The notes under the pieces: model-generated
Seen by the model: only the letters and a program-made list of their open reading frames with translations
What the model was told of the DNA's origin: nothing
The model's database searches: none
Origin: an uncultured bacterium
GTDB taxonomy: Bacteria > Omnitrophota > Omnitrophia > Omnitrophales > Abzuiibacteriaceae
NCBI GenBank assembly: GCA_964387845.1
Contig: CAYLXA010000008.1
Location: forward strand, 44,270 to 108,269
Direction: 5' to 3'
Length of the DNA stretch: 64,000 nt
Part shown: positions 1 through 9,376 of the stretch, one piece after another
How positions within the stretch are numbered: position 1 is the first letter of the stretch
How the letters are laid out: the number at the start of each line of letters is the position of its first letter
Made by a program: the position numbers and the translations under genes

Positions 1-923
1 TTACGCAGGTGTTTACGCGCGGAATGTGGTACACAGGCAGTGCTTCGAGGCGGTACCGTTCAGGCTCCATCCGAGGCGGCGGCCAAATTCAGGTCCTGAT
101 TTTTGTTTTGTCGATTATTTTCATCATTCTCGCGCCGATTTTAGCGCAGCTTTTGTATTTTTCGCTTTCCAGAAAACGGGAATATCTGGCGGATGCTTCA
201 GGCGTCCGCCTGACGCGCTACCCGGAAGGGCTTGCCTCTGCGCTCGAGAAAATCGCCGCGTCAGATTCTGAGATTTATGCGGCCAATGAAGTAACGGCTG
301 CCATGTTTATCGAAAATCCGTTCACAAAAGAAAATCGTTTTACGAGCCTGCTGGGAACTCATCCGCCGATCCGGGAAAGAATCAAAATTTTGCGCCATAT
401 GTCGCAAGGCGCCAGTTTGGCCAACTATGAAACCGCATTTCGCTCCGTAAAAGGAAATTCCGCGGCCGCGATTCCGGCGATGAGCCTTCAGGATGAAAAA
501 GAAATATCGCTTCGAGCGGCGCATGCGGACGCAGGAAAGCCATTTGAAGAGCCGGAATCCAAAGAGTCCGTGCGCGATGCAACCGATTTGCTGCGTGCGG
601 TCAGCGGATTTGCATTTTTAGCGTGTACTTGCGGCATTAAATTCAAAGTTCCCGCCGATTTTAACCGGCCTGAAATTATTTGTCCGCGCTGCAGCCGGAT
701 TACGGAAGTGCCGTTTGCCATTTTGGCCGGCGCTGCGATGGTGCATCAGGGAAGCGACGCATCCGGACAAAAAACAGCCGAAGAGCCGCAGGTTTACAAG
801 CGGAAGGGCGAGGGCTGGGAATCGTTTTCCTGCCGCTGCACCAAGCTGCTTCAGCTTTCTCCGCAATTTCTAGCGCCGCAAATGACCTGCAGTGCCTGCG
901 GCCGCACCACCTTGATTCAATAA
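1..923 (+). CDS. htpX: M48 family (HtpX-like) zinc metallopeptidase, 5'-truncated at window edge, with a C-terminal double zinc-ribbon extension
   Basis: The frame is open from nt 3. The C-terminal region SRKREYLADASGVRL...LLGTHPPIRERIKILRHM matches the conserved HtpX/M48 C-terminal block. It is followed by two CxxC...CxxC pairs (CTCG..CPRC; CRC..CSAC). The catalytic HEXXH would lie upstream of the window. Confidence 0.75.
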   Translation, partial: TQVFTRGMWYTGSASRRYRSGSIRGGGQIQVLIFVLSIIFIILAPILAQLLYFSLSRKREYLADASGVRLTRYPEGLASALEKIAASDSEIYAANEVTAAMFIENPFTKENRFTSLLGTHPPIRERIKILRHMSQGASLANYETAFRSVKGNSAAAIPAMSLQDEKEISLRAAHADAGKPFEEPESKESVRDATDLLRAVSGFAFLACTCGIKFKVPADFNRPEIICPRCSRITEVPFAILAGAAMVHQGSDASGQKTAEEPQVYKRKGEGWESFSCRCTKLLQLSPQFLAPQMTCSACGRTTLIQ

Positions 924-1001
924 GCCATTTTTCACTTTAAAAAATCAGAGAAGCGTGCGATAATTTTTCGTCTTTTTAATCTTGAATCAAGGAGATGAGC
1001 C

Positions 1002-1580
1002 ATGAAGAAATTATTAAACAGTGTTTTGATTTTATCCGCATTTTTGATTTCATTTTCGTCTGTTGCAGCGGCCGCGGCGTATGAAATTGACGAATCACAT
1101 TCAAGCGTTGCTTTTAAAGTGAAGCATTTTGTATCGATCGTCAGAGGCAATTTCGAAAGTTTCAAAGGTACTGTCGAATTTGACGAAGCAAATCCGGCCG
1201 CATCTTCCACAAGCGTCAGCATTGATGCAAAAACCATCAACACAAGCAACGCAAAGCGCGATGAGCATTTGAGAAACCCCGACTTTTTTGAAGTCGAAAA
1301 ATATCCGCAAATCACATTCACAAGTACAAAAGTTGAAGACGGAAAAATTACCGGAAATCTGACGATGCACGGCGTCACAAAAGAAGTGGTGCTGGATTAC
1401 ACATTCAATGGAACCGCGACCGATCCGTGGGGAGGCCAGCGCGCAGGTTTTTCGGCCACAACCGAAATCGACCGAAAAGATTTCGGCATTACCTTTAATA
1501 AGGTGCTCGACAACGGCGGCTTGATGCTCGGCGAAAAGGTCCAAATAGAGATCGAAATCGAAGCTGTGAAGAAATCGTAA
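1002..1580 (+). CDS. YceI family periplasmic (polyisoprenoid-binding) protein
   Basis: Signal peptide MKKLLNSVLILSAFLISFSSVAAA. YEIDESHSSVAFKVKHF...GNF...G...FD...SV..D..TI.T....RD.HL core typical of the YceI family. RBS AAGGAGA upstream. Confidence 0.85.
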   Translation: MKKLLNSVLILSAFLISFSSVAAAAAYEIDESHSSVAFKVKHFVSIVRGNFESFKGTVEFDEANPAASSTSVSIDAKTINTSNAKRDEHLRNPDFFEVEKYPQITFTSTKVEDGKITGNLTMHGVTKEVVLDYTFNGTATDPWGGQRAGFSATTEIDRKDFGITFNKVLDNGGLMLGEKVQIEIEIEAVKKS

Positions 1581-1614
1581 GATTCTTGCTATTTCAGCCG
1601 ATATTTCTATCGGC

Positions 1615-2943
1615 ATGGCACATCAGCTGAAGCGGGAACTTCATTTTTGGGATTCGGTTGCGATCAATATTGGCATCATCATCGGCGTCGGTATTTTCCG
1701 GGTTCCGGCTGAAGTTGCCAAACACCTCACCAATCCCGCCGTCATTTTATCCGCATGGGTCATCGGCGGCGCGATTGCGCATTTTGGCGCGCTTTGCTAC
1801 GCCGAACTTTCATCTCGTTATCCGCATACGGGCGGCACCTATGTGTTTATCCGGGAAGGTTACGGAAACTTAGCTGGGTTTCTCTTCGGCTGGACCGAAA
1901 TCGTGATCTTGAGGGCCGGTTCGATCGCAGCCGTTGCCTACGTTTTTTCCACCTATCTTCAAAATTTTTTGCAGCTCGGGCCGTGGGGCGAAAAAATCAT
2001 CGCCATCGGCTTAATCACTGTTCTGACTTTCATTAATATTCTGGGCGTGAAGCTGGGAACGCGAATTCAAAATGTTTTCAGCTCGCTGAAAGTACTCACA
2101 ATTTTAGCGATGTCGGCCGCCATTTTCTTCCTGGCCGCTAAATCATCAAATGCCTCTGTTTTTACTTTCCCGAAATTTGAAACCGCACAGCTCAATTCAC
2201 ATTCATTGTTCTTATTCGCCGCGGCAATTGTTCCGATTTTATGGACTTACGGCGGCTGGCACGAAAGCGCTTTTATGTCAGGCGAGTTTCGCGACACCAA
2301 GTGGGAACTTCCGGCGTCGCTTTTGACAAGCGCGCTAGTCGTTACCATCCTTTATGTGACGATCAATATCGCGTATTTGCAGGTGATTCCGCCTTCTGAG
2401 ATGGCAGGCACAAAAGCGATTGCATCCGAAGTGTTCCGCCGCATGTTCGGCTCTACCGGAACTATTATCATGACAACCGCAGTCCTCGTTTCATCCGTCG
2501 GCGCGCTGAACTCGACGATTATGACCGGCGGGCGAATTCCGTTTGCCGTGGCATCCGATTATCCGAAATTCAAATGGGTTGCTCAAGTTGATTCCAAATT
2601 TGAAACGCCCCGGAGGTCGCTCGAAATCAACGGCATTTGGGCGGCGGCGCTGGTTTTGTTCGGTAGTTTTGAACAGCTGGTTTATTTCTGCCAATTCGCA
2701 CAATGGCTTTTTTTCGGACTTGCGGGATTTAGTATTTTTATTGCCCGCGCAAAGCAAAAACAAATGGAAGCTTTTTCGATGCTCGGCTATCCGTTTATTC
2801 CGGCCGTCTTCACTTTGATCGCGATCGGCATTTGCGCTTCCATTATTTGGTATACGCCGCAGGCTTCTTTTGTCGGTGTGGCTCTTATTTTATTAGGAGT
2901 TCCGGTTTACCACTGGGTGAAGGGCGCTCAACATTCAAAATGA
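1615..2943 (+). CDS. APC family amino acid permease
   Basis: 12-TM hydrophobic profile. N-terminal FWDSVAINIGIIIGVGIF motif typical of amino acid/polyamine/organocation transporters. Confidence 0.85.
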   Translation: MAHQLKRELHFWDSVAINIGIIIGVGIFRVPAEVAKHLTNPAVILSAWVIGGAIAHFGALCYAELSSRYPHTGGTYVFIREGYGNLAGFLFGWTEIVILRAGSIAAVAYVFSTYLQNFLQLGPWGEKIIAIGLITVLTFINILGVKLGTRIQNVFSSLKVLTILAMSAAIFFLAAKSSNASVFTFPKFETAQLNSHSLFLFAAAIVPILWTYGGWHESAFMSGEFRDTKWELPASLLTSALVVTILYVTINIAYLQVIPPSEMAGTKAIASEVFRRMFGSTGTIIMTTAVLVSSVGALNSTIMTGGRIPFAVASDYPKFKWVAQVDSKFETPRRSLEINGIWAAALVLFGSFEQLVYFCQFAQWLFFGLAGFSIFIARAKQKQMEAFSMLGYPFIPAVFTLIAIGICASIIWYTPQASFVGVALILLGVPVYHWVKGAQHSK

Positions 2944-2962
2944 TTAGCCGAAAAATGAATCT

Positions 2963-3583
2963 ATGGGCATCTTAGATTTTGCGGTACTTTCGTTTACTTC
3001 GTTATTCGTGATCGTTGATCCTTTTTCGAGTTTGCCGGCGTTTTTAGTGATGACGCAGCGAAACTCAATTGATGAACGCATGCGGATGGCCGGGCTTGCG
3101 TCAATCGTGACGTTCTTTATTCTGGTAATTTCCTACATTGCGGGGCTCCAAGTTCTGCAGGCTTTCGGCATTACCGTCACGGCGTTTGAAATCGCGGGCG
3201 GCATCATTCTTTTGATTATCGCGCTTGACATGCTCCAGGCGAAAAGAACGGCAATTAAAGAAACACCGGAAGAGCAGGCAGAGGGCGTCAGCAAAGAAGA
3301 CGTGGCCATTACGCCGCTTGCGATTCCGATGCTCGCGGGCCCGGGTGCCATCACGGCCGTGATTCTTTTAAGCAGCCAGGCCGAAAGCTTTGTGCATCAC
3401 AGCATCGCGCTTTTGAGTATATTACTTGTATCACTTGTGACTTTTTTTGTGCTTTGGACTGCCGCAATAAAGTCGCACATGTTTTCGCGCATCACGATGA
3501 AAATTATTACGCGCGTGATGGGCCTTCTGCTTGCCGCGGTTGCCGTTCAGTTCATCATCAACGGCGTCCAGAATATTCTTTAA
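2963..3583 (+). CDS. MarC family (UPF0056) integral membrane protein
   Basis: About 200 aa, 6 TM. N-terminal FxxLFxIVDPxGxLPxFL signature (LFVIVDPFSSLPAFL). Confidence 0.8.
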   Translation: MGILDFAVLSFTSLFVIVDPFSSLPAFLVMTQRNSIDERMRMAGLASIVTFFILVISYIAGLQVLQAFGITVTAFEIAGGIILLIIALDMLQAKRTAIKETPEEQAEGVSKEDVAITPLAIPMLAGPGAITAVILLSSQAESFVHHSIALLSILLVSLVTFFVLWTAAIKSHMFSRITMKIITRVMGLLLAAVAVQFIINGVQNIL

Positions 3584-3590
3584 TCGGAAC

Positions 3591-4364
3591 GTGGAACTCT
3601 TCCTGATTTGCCTCACGGCTTTAACGGCTTCGTGCCTGACACTTTTCTCCGGATTCGGGCTCGGAACCATCCTGCTGCCGGTTTTTGCGCTTTTTTTTCC
3701 GCTTGAAACCGCAGTTGCCGTGACCGCGATCGTTCATTTTTTGAATAATCTATTCAAACTGAAATTTTTCGCGCATCACGCGGATTTCAAAATCGTTCTC
3801 CGGTTCGGAATTCCAGCCGTGATTGCCGCATTTTTCGGCGCAAAACTTCTTCAAATTCTTTCCGGCGCAGCTCCTTTTTATACCTATTCAATCGGTTCCA
3901 AACTCGCGGAAATGACGCTTTTAAAAATCGTGATCGCACTGCTTTTGGTATTTTTTGCGCTGCTTGAAATTTTTCCGGTTGAAAAGCGCCTGAAATTTGA
4001 CAGCCGGTTTTTGCCGGCCGGCGGATTTTTGAGCGGATTTTTCGGCGGGTTGTCCGGAAATCAAGGTGCCTTCCGGAGCGCATTTTTGGCGCAGCTTCCG
4101 ATTTCGAAGGAAGCGTTTATCGGCACGGGAGTCGTGATTGCGTGTTTGATTGATTTCATGCGGATTTACGTTTATAGTGCTACTTTCCTGGCAGGTGATT
4201 TACGGGAACAGGCAGTTTTGATTTTGGCGGCTGCGGCTTCGGCATTTTTGGGTGTTTATGCGGGCGCAAAACTTGTCCATAAAGTGACCATGGCGGCGAT
4301 TCAAAAAATCGTAGCAATTTTACTTGTGATTTTAGCAGCCGGAATTGGTTCCGGAATTTTATAA
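3591..4364 (+). CDS. TauE/SafE family sulfite exporter-like membrane protein
   Basis: Multi-TM protein with GFGLGTILLPVFALFF and a second half FLSGFFGGLSGNQGAFRSAFL typical of the TauE/SafE (DUF81) repeat. GTG start chosen to avoid overlap with the upstream gene. The start is uncertain (the ORF opens at 3531). Confidence 0.65.
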   Translation: MELFLICLTALTASCLTLFSGFGLGTILLPVFALFFPLETAVAVTAIVHFLNNLFKLKFFAHHADFKIVLRFGIPAVIAAFFGAKLLQILSGAAPFYTYSIGSKLAEMTLLKIVIALLLVFFALLEIFPVEKRLKFDSRFLPAGGFLSGFFGGLSGNQGAFRSAFLAQLPISKEAFIGTGVVIACLIDFMRIYVYSATFLAGDLREQAVLILAAAASAFLGVYAGAKLVHKVTMAAIQKIVAILLVILAAGIGSGIL

Positions 4365-4373
4365 GGGTGAAAA

Positions 4374-5297
4374 ATGGAATTTAATCAAATTTTATTGTGG
4401 ACAGGGTTTGGCGTTTTCGTGGTCGCGATGCTGGTGCTTGATTTGGCGGTATTTCATAAGAAAGCGCATGCCGTAAAAATCAAAGAAGCGCTCATGTGGA
4501 GCGCCATTTGGATTGCGCTCGCTTTATTTTTTAATATCGGCGTTTATATTCACAAAGGCCCCGACACGGCGCTCAGGTTTTTAACCGGCTATCTGCTCGA
4601 GAAGTCGTTGAGTGTTGATAACCTCTTTGTTTTCTTGCTGATCTTCCAATATTTTCAAGTTCCGCAGAAATACCAGCACAAAATTCTTTTTTGGGGGATT
4701 TTGGGCGCTCTGATTTTCCGCGCTATTTTCATAGCCGCCGGCATTACGCTGATTCATAAATTCCATTGGATTATTTATGTTTTTGGCGCGATTTTGATTT
4801 GGACGGGCTTGAAGCTGGCGCTCGAGAAAGAAAAGGAAGTGGAGCCGGAAAAAAATATCGTCCTTAAGATTTTCAAGAAGTTGATGCCGATTGCAAACCA
4901 ATATGAAGGCGAGAAATTTTTTATCAAAAAAGACGGCCGAAATTTTGCGACACCGCTCTTTGTCGTGCTGTTAGTGATTGAAACGACGGACGTTATTTTC
5001 GCCGTAGATTCAATTCCCGCGATTTTGGCGATCTCGCACGATCCGTTTATCGTTTATACATCAAACGTGTTTGCCATTTTGGGCCTCCGGGCGCTTTATT
5101 TTGCGCTTTCAGGCGTCATGCAAATGTTCAAACACCTTCACTACGGGCTTGCTGCGATTCTTGTGTTTGTCGGTACTAAGATGCTGATTTCTGAGTTCTA
5201 CAAAATTCCGATTTGGATTTCGCTAAGCGTTATCGCATTTATCTTGTGCCTTTCGATTATTGCGTCTACCTGGAAATTACCTGAAAAACGCGCGTAA
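4374..5297 (+). CDS. TerC family integral membrane protein
   Basis: SLSVDNLFVFLLIF and a second AVDSIPAILAISHDPFIVYTSNVFAILGLRALYF repeat are characteristic of TerC/Alx. RBS AAGGGTGA. Confidence 0.85.
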   Translation: MEFNQILLWTGFGVFVVAMLVLDLAVFHKKAHAVKIKEALMWSAIWIALALFFNIGVYIHKGPDTALRFLTGYLLEKSLSVDNLFVFLLIFQYFQVPQKYQHKILFWGILGALIFRAIFIAAGITLIHKFHWIIYVFGAILIWTGLKLALEKEKEVEPEKNIVLKIFKKLMPIANQYEGEKFFIKKDGRNFATPLFVVLLVIETTDVIFAVDSIPAILAISHDPFIVYTSNVFAILGLRALYFALSGVMQMFKHLHYGLAAILVFVGTKMLISEFYKIPIWISLSVIAFILCLSIIASTWKLPEKRA

Positions 5298-5370
5298 AAT
5301 CCGGTTTGCATTGAATCCGATTGTGAAATTTTATAAAATGACACCGGAATTATTGATTGTTAATAGTTGT

Positions 5371-5449
5371 GTCATCCTGAACGAAGTGAAGGATCTAAGT
5401 TCGTAGACCCTTCGCTCTGCTCAGGGTGACAGGAGTTGCTCAGGATGAC
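5371..5449. repeat. Hairpin-forming copies of a dispersed ~25-nt repeat (GTCATCCTGARCGWAGYGAAGGATC family)
   Basis: 5371-5395 GTCATCCTGAACGAAGTGAAGGATC. 5409-5430 is its imperfect reverse complement CCTTCGCTCTGCTCAGGGTGAC. 5434-5449 is a third partial inverted copy. The same family recurs at 10240-10264 and 10574-10619. Confidence 0.7.
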
Positions 5450-5472
5450 ATTTTAATTAGGGAGGTAATCAC

Positions 5473-6180
5473 ATGAACACCAATGAAACGTTAAATTTAG
5501 GCCTTTCGCGCGAAGCAGTTTCCGAGCGCAGTTTTCTGTCACAGGTTTATTTGTGGATGTCTATGGCGCTTGCTTTGACGGGCATCGTGGCATTTGGATT
5601 TGCACAAAATCCGGCTGTCGTCGCCAATTTAATGCGCAGCGGAATCGCGTTTTTCGTGATTATTATTGCACAGCTCGGGCTTGTATTTTGGTTAAGCGCC
5701 GGCATTATGCGGATGAGTCTCACGGCTGCAACAGTCGCGTTCAGCGTTTATTCATTCCTGAACGGATTGATTTTCTCGACGCTTTTCCTGGTTTATACGG
5801 GAAGCTCAATCGCATCCACTTTCTTCGTCACGGCCGGCACGTTTGCTGCCGTCAGTCTTTATGGCTATACGACAAAACGTGATCTGACTTCGATCGGCAG
5901 TTTCTTATTTATGGCGTTAATCGGCATGATCATCGCTTCGATTGTAAACATGTTTCTCAAGAGTCCGGCGATGTATTGGATTTTGACCTATGCCGGTGTT
6001 GCGATTTTCGTGGGGCTCACGGCATACGACACGCAGCGCCTGAAAAGAATCCACGAGCAGGGATTTCAAAGCGGTGAAATGCTTTCCAAAATGGCGCTAT
6101 TGGGTGCGCTCGCACTTTACCTCGACTTCATCAATTTGTTCCTGCTTCTTTTGCGGGTGATGGGCAGGCAGCGCAGTTAA
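5473..6180 (+). CDS. Bax inhibitor-1/YccA (TMBIM) family membrane protein
   Basis: 7-TM, 235 aa. FLSQVYLWMSMALALTG...YDTQRL conserved blocks of the BI-1/YccA family. Strong RBS GGGAGG. Confidence 0.85.
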   Translation: MNTNETLNLGLSREAVSERSFLSQVYLWMSMALALTGIVAFGFAQNPAVVANLMRSGIAFFVIIIAQLGLVFWLSAGIMRMSLTAATVAFSVYSFLNGLIFSTLFLVYTGSSIASTFFVTAGTFAAVSLYGYTTKRDLTSIGSFLFMALIGMIIASIVNMFLKSPAMYWILTYAGVAIFVGLTAYDTQRLKRIHEQGFQSGEMLSKMALLGALALYLDFINLFLLLLRVMGRQRS

Positions 6181-6183
6181 TTC

Positions 6184-7818
6184 ATGAGCCTTTTCTGGAT
6201 TGCGCTTTTTGTTTGCGCGGTTTTCTTGGCGGCTTATTGGACCTACGGACGGTTCTTAAGCCGCCATTTTTCTTTAAATCCAAGAGCCAAAACGCCTGCC
6301 TGCGAGATTAATGACGGTGTGGATTATGTTCCCGCCGAGAAAAACTTCCTTCTCAGCCAGCATTTTTCCGCGATTTCTGCCGCAGGGCCGATCGCTGGGC
6401 CGATCATTGCCGCCGTTTGGTTTGGCTGGCTGCCGGTGCTTTTATGGATTGTGTTAGGCGCGATTTTCTTCGGTGCTGTGCATGATTTTTCAAGTCTCGT
6501 CAATTCCGTCCGCCACCGCGCATTGTCAATCGTCGAAATTGTGCACGAATATTTAGGCCGGCGCGGTTATTTACTTTTTTCTGCTTTTGTTTGGCTGTCT
6601 TTGATTTACGTTATTACCGCTTTTGCTGATTTAACGAGCAATTCATTTGTCAATCCCGAACTGGGCGGCGGTGTTGCGGCTTCCTCAACTTTATATTTAT
6701 TGATCGGCTTGGCGATGGGAATCGCGCTTTATAAATTTCGGATGCCGCTAGGGCTCGCAACCGCCATTTTTCTTCCGCTCGTCATTTTCGCGATCTGGTT
6801 TGGCCAATATATTCCGATCGTGCTTCCGCAACATACCTGGAACCTAATTTTATTGGTTTATTGTTTTATCGCTTCCGTGATTCCGGTATGGCTTTTGCTC
6901 CAGCCGCGCGGATTTTTGGGCGGATTTTTTCTCTATGTGACGCTTGCGGCCGGCCTCATCGGTCTTTTCTTGGGCGGGGAAACGATCCAATATCCGGCCT
7001 TCATCGGATTTAAAAGCGAAAAGGGTTTACCGCTTTTTCCGATTTTATTCGTGACGGTTGCCTGCGGCGCTTGTTCCGGATTTCACGGGATTGTGAGTTC
7101 AGGGACAACATCCAAGCAAATTGCGAAGGAGCCGGACTGCCGGATGATCGGTTATGGCGGCATGCTTTTGGAAGGTGTTGTGGCTTTGATTTCGCTTGCG
7201 ACTGTGATGATTCTTGCGAAAGGTGATGCGCTCGTATCCGGTTCACCCGATCAAATTTACGCCGAAGGCCTCAGCCGTTTTGTAAGCAATTTCGGAATTC
7301 CGCGCGAATTTGCGCGTTCCTTCGCGCTTTTGGCTTTCACGACTTTCATTTATGACACACTCGATGTCGCAACGCGGCTTGCGCGTTATATTTTTCAAGA
7401 GGTAACCGGCTGGAAAAGCAATTGGGGAAAGTACGCCGCAACGTTTATCAGTCTTCTGATCCCGTTTTTTTGTGTCAGCATGAAATCGGTGGATGCTGCT
7501 GGCCATGCCGTTTCGGCGTGGCGGATTTTCTGGACGGTTTTCGGCACTTCCAATCAGCTTTTGGCGGCACTCACGCTCATGATGCTGACCGTTTGGCTTG
7601 TGAAAATTAATAAACCGTGGTGGATGAGCGGAATTCCGATGATTTTTATGTTTACGATGACCGTTTGGTCTTTATTTCTGATGGCTCAGCCGATGCTTTC
7701 CGGCTGGTTTTCTGGGAATTTTAGGCTGGATTTGGTGGGTTCCGTATCGATCGTTCTTTTTGTCCTTACCGCGTTATTGATTGGGGAAGTGTTGAAATTG
7801 AAGAAAATATCGCATTAG
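6184..7818 (+). CDS. cstA: Carbon starvation protein A (CstA family transporter)
   Basis: N-terminal block GRFLSRHFSLNPRAKTPACEINDGVDYVPAEKNFLLSQHFSAISAAGPIAGPIIAAVWFGWLP is the CstA signature. Large multi-TM protein. Confidence 0.9.
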   Translation: MSLFWIALFVCAVFLAAYWTYGRFLSRHFSLNPRAKTPACEINDGVDYVPAEKNFLLSQHFSAISAAGPIAGPIIAAVWFGWLPVLLWIVLGAIFFGAVHDFSSLVNSVRHRALSIVEIVHEYLGRRGYLLFSAFVWLSLIYVITAFADLTSNSFVNPELGGGVAASSTLYLLIGLAMGIALYKFRMPLGLATAIFLPLVIFAIWFGQYIPIVLPQHTWNLILLVYCFIASVIPVWLLLQPRGFLGGFFLYVTLAAGLIGLFLGGETIQYPAFIGFKSEKGLPLFPILFVTVACGACSGFHGIVSSGTTSKQIAKEPDCRMIGYGGMLLEGVVALISLATVMILAKGDALVSGSPDQIYAEGLSRFVSNFGIPREFARSFALLAFTTFIYDTLDVATRLARYIFQEVTGWKSNWGKYAATFISLLIPFFCVSMKSVDAAGHAVSAWRIFWTVFGTSNQLLAALTLMMLTVWLVKINKPWWMSGIPMIFMFTMTVWSLFLMAQPMLSGWFSGNFRLDLVGSVSIVLFVLTALLIGEVLKLKKISH

Positions 7819-8623
7819 GCAATTCCAAGTATTTCCGCCCCTCCTCCTTCTTTCCGCGCTTGATACAGCCCTCTCCGTAAATTTTGCATTTTGCTTCTAA
7901 TTCTTTAAGCGCCAAGCCTGTTTGCTTTTCATCTAAAATTCCTGATTTTAATATTTTTTCGATTGCTTGAATTCGGTAAAAATCCAAATTCGAAATTGTA
8001 TGTGATAGTTGATCCTTGTGTCCGCCGTATTTGATGACCAATCTTTCTTTGATTAAATGAATCGGAAAACGCGCAGCGACGCGCAGCCATAAATCGTAAT
8101 CTTCACAAGCAGGGAAGGATTCATCGAAGTTCCCCACGATGTCGAACAATTTCCGCCTCATCATTACAGCGGATGGGCTGACAATACATAATGGAAGACA
8201 TTCTTTAAAAATCCACCCGCCAACTTTTTGATGCTTCTTCAAAGGATTCAAATGTTTTCCGTTCCGAATCCAAATTTCATCAGTCTGACAAATCATCGCA
8301 TCCGGATTGTTTTCGAAGAACTCGACCTGCCGTTCCAATTTTTTCGGCTTCCATTCATCATCCGAATCCAGAAACGCGATGAAATCGCCCTTGGCGTGTT
8401 CCAGCCCTGTGTTTCTGGCTTTACTGACACCTTGATTTTCTTTGTGAATCAGAGTGAGATGAGGATGATGTTCCAGATTGTGGACGGTTTGGTCGGTCGA
8501 GCCGTCATCAACTACGATGACTTCGAAATGTCTGTAAGTTTGCTTAAAAACCGACTCAAGCGCTCTGTTAAGCAGTTTCACGCGGTTATAGGTTGGAATA
8601 ATGACGCTGACGAACGGATTCAT
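7766..8623 (-). CDS. Family 2 glycosyltransferase
   Basis: VSVIIPTYNRVKLLNRALESVFKQTY..FEVIVVDDGSTD..IAFLDSDDEW: GT-A fold DxD/DDGS motifs. Confidence 0.85.
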   Translation of the reverse strand: MNPFVSVIIPTYNRVKLLNRALESVFKQTYRHFEVIVVDDGSTDQTVHNLEHHPHLTLIHKENQGVSKARNTGLEHAKGDFIAFLDSDDEWKPKKLERQVEFFENNPDAMICQTDEIWIRNGKHLNPLKKHQKVGGWIFKECLPLCIVSPSAVMMRRKLFDIVGNFDESFPACEDYDLWLRVAARFPIHLIKERLVIKYGGHKDQLSHTISNLDFYRIQAIEKILKSGILDEKQTGLALKELEAKCKIYGEGCIKRGKKEEGRKYLELPNAIFSSISTLPQSITR

Positions 8624-8729
8624 AAGTCTAAATATATCATAAAGTTATAACAGAAAACCAGAATGGCTATTTAAGGGCATTTTCTATATAATAATGGCTC
8701 TCTTTAACCTTAACCAATCTGAGCCCTAA

Positions 8730-9290
8730 ATGCTGACAAGTCAGTCGATTAAGTCGTATTTAAAAGCGCTTTCAAGCGATAGCCCGACGCCCGGAGGCGG
8801 GAGTTCGTCTGCACTTGTGGCAGCCATGGGAACAGGGCTTCTATTAATGGTGGCCAAAATTGCGCGCCGGAAATTATCAAAAATAGAGCAAAAGGCGCTT
8901 GATAAGGTCATTAAATTACTCACCAAATGCTTGCGCGATATGGAAGCCGTCATTGACTTGGACGTCAAAGTGTATGATGCGGTGATGGCTGCTTATAAAA
9001 AGAAGGATGAAGCAAAAATTGAATCTGCGCTCGGCAATTCATTCCGGCTTCAGGCGGATCTGGCGTTCTTAATCGCGATGTCCAAAGAAACACTGCCGGC
9101 ACTGTTTAAAGTTGTGAAGGGCTCGATCGGGAATGATTTGATCGTCGCGCGCGCATTTTTGGACGGCGCATTTCAAGGCGCGGTTGCGACCGCGAGAATT
9201 AATGTGAAATACATGCAATCGGCAAAGAAAGATCATTTTAACCGTGCGCTTCAGCAGCTTGAGAAGCGGTATTACGGGATAAAAGCATAA
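8730..9290 (+). CDS. Cyclodeaminase/cyclohydrolase family protein (FTCD C-terminal-like; putative methenyl-THF cyclohydrolase FchA)
   Basis: SPTPGGGSSSALVAAMGTGLLLMVAKI is the hallmark N-terminal motif of the formiminotransferase-cyclodeaminase C-domain family. It lies immediately upstream of folD. Confidence 0.75.
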   Translation: MLTSQSIKSYLKALSSDSPTPGGGSSSALVAAMGTGLLLMVAKIARRKLSKIEQKALDKVIKLLTKCLRDMEAVIDLDVKVYDAVMAAYKKKDEAKIESALGNSFRLQADLAFLIAMSKETLPALFKVVKGSIGNDLIVARAFLDGAFQGAVATARINVKYMQSAKKDHFNRALQQLEKRYYGIKA

Positions 9291-9376
9291 CTAGAAAGGA
9301 AATGCCAAGCTCCAAATACCAAATTCCAAAATGCGTTATTTAGAATTTGGAGTTTAGAATTTGGAATTTTAATAAA

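Noticed and set aside
1101-1616. 171-aa minus-strand ORF
   Set aside because: Antisense to the well-supported yceI-family gene. No motifs.
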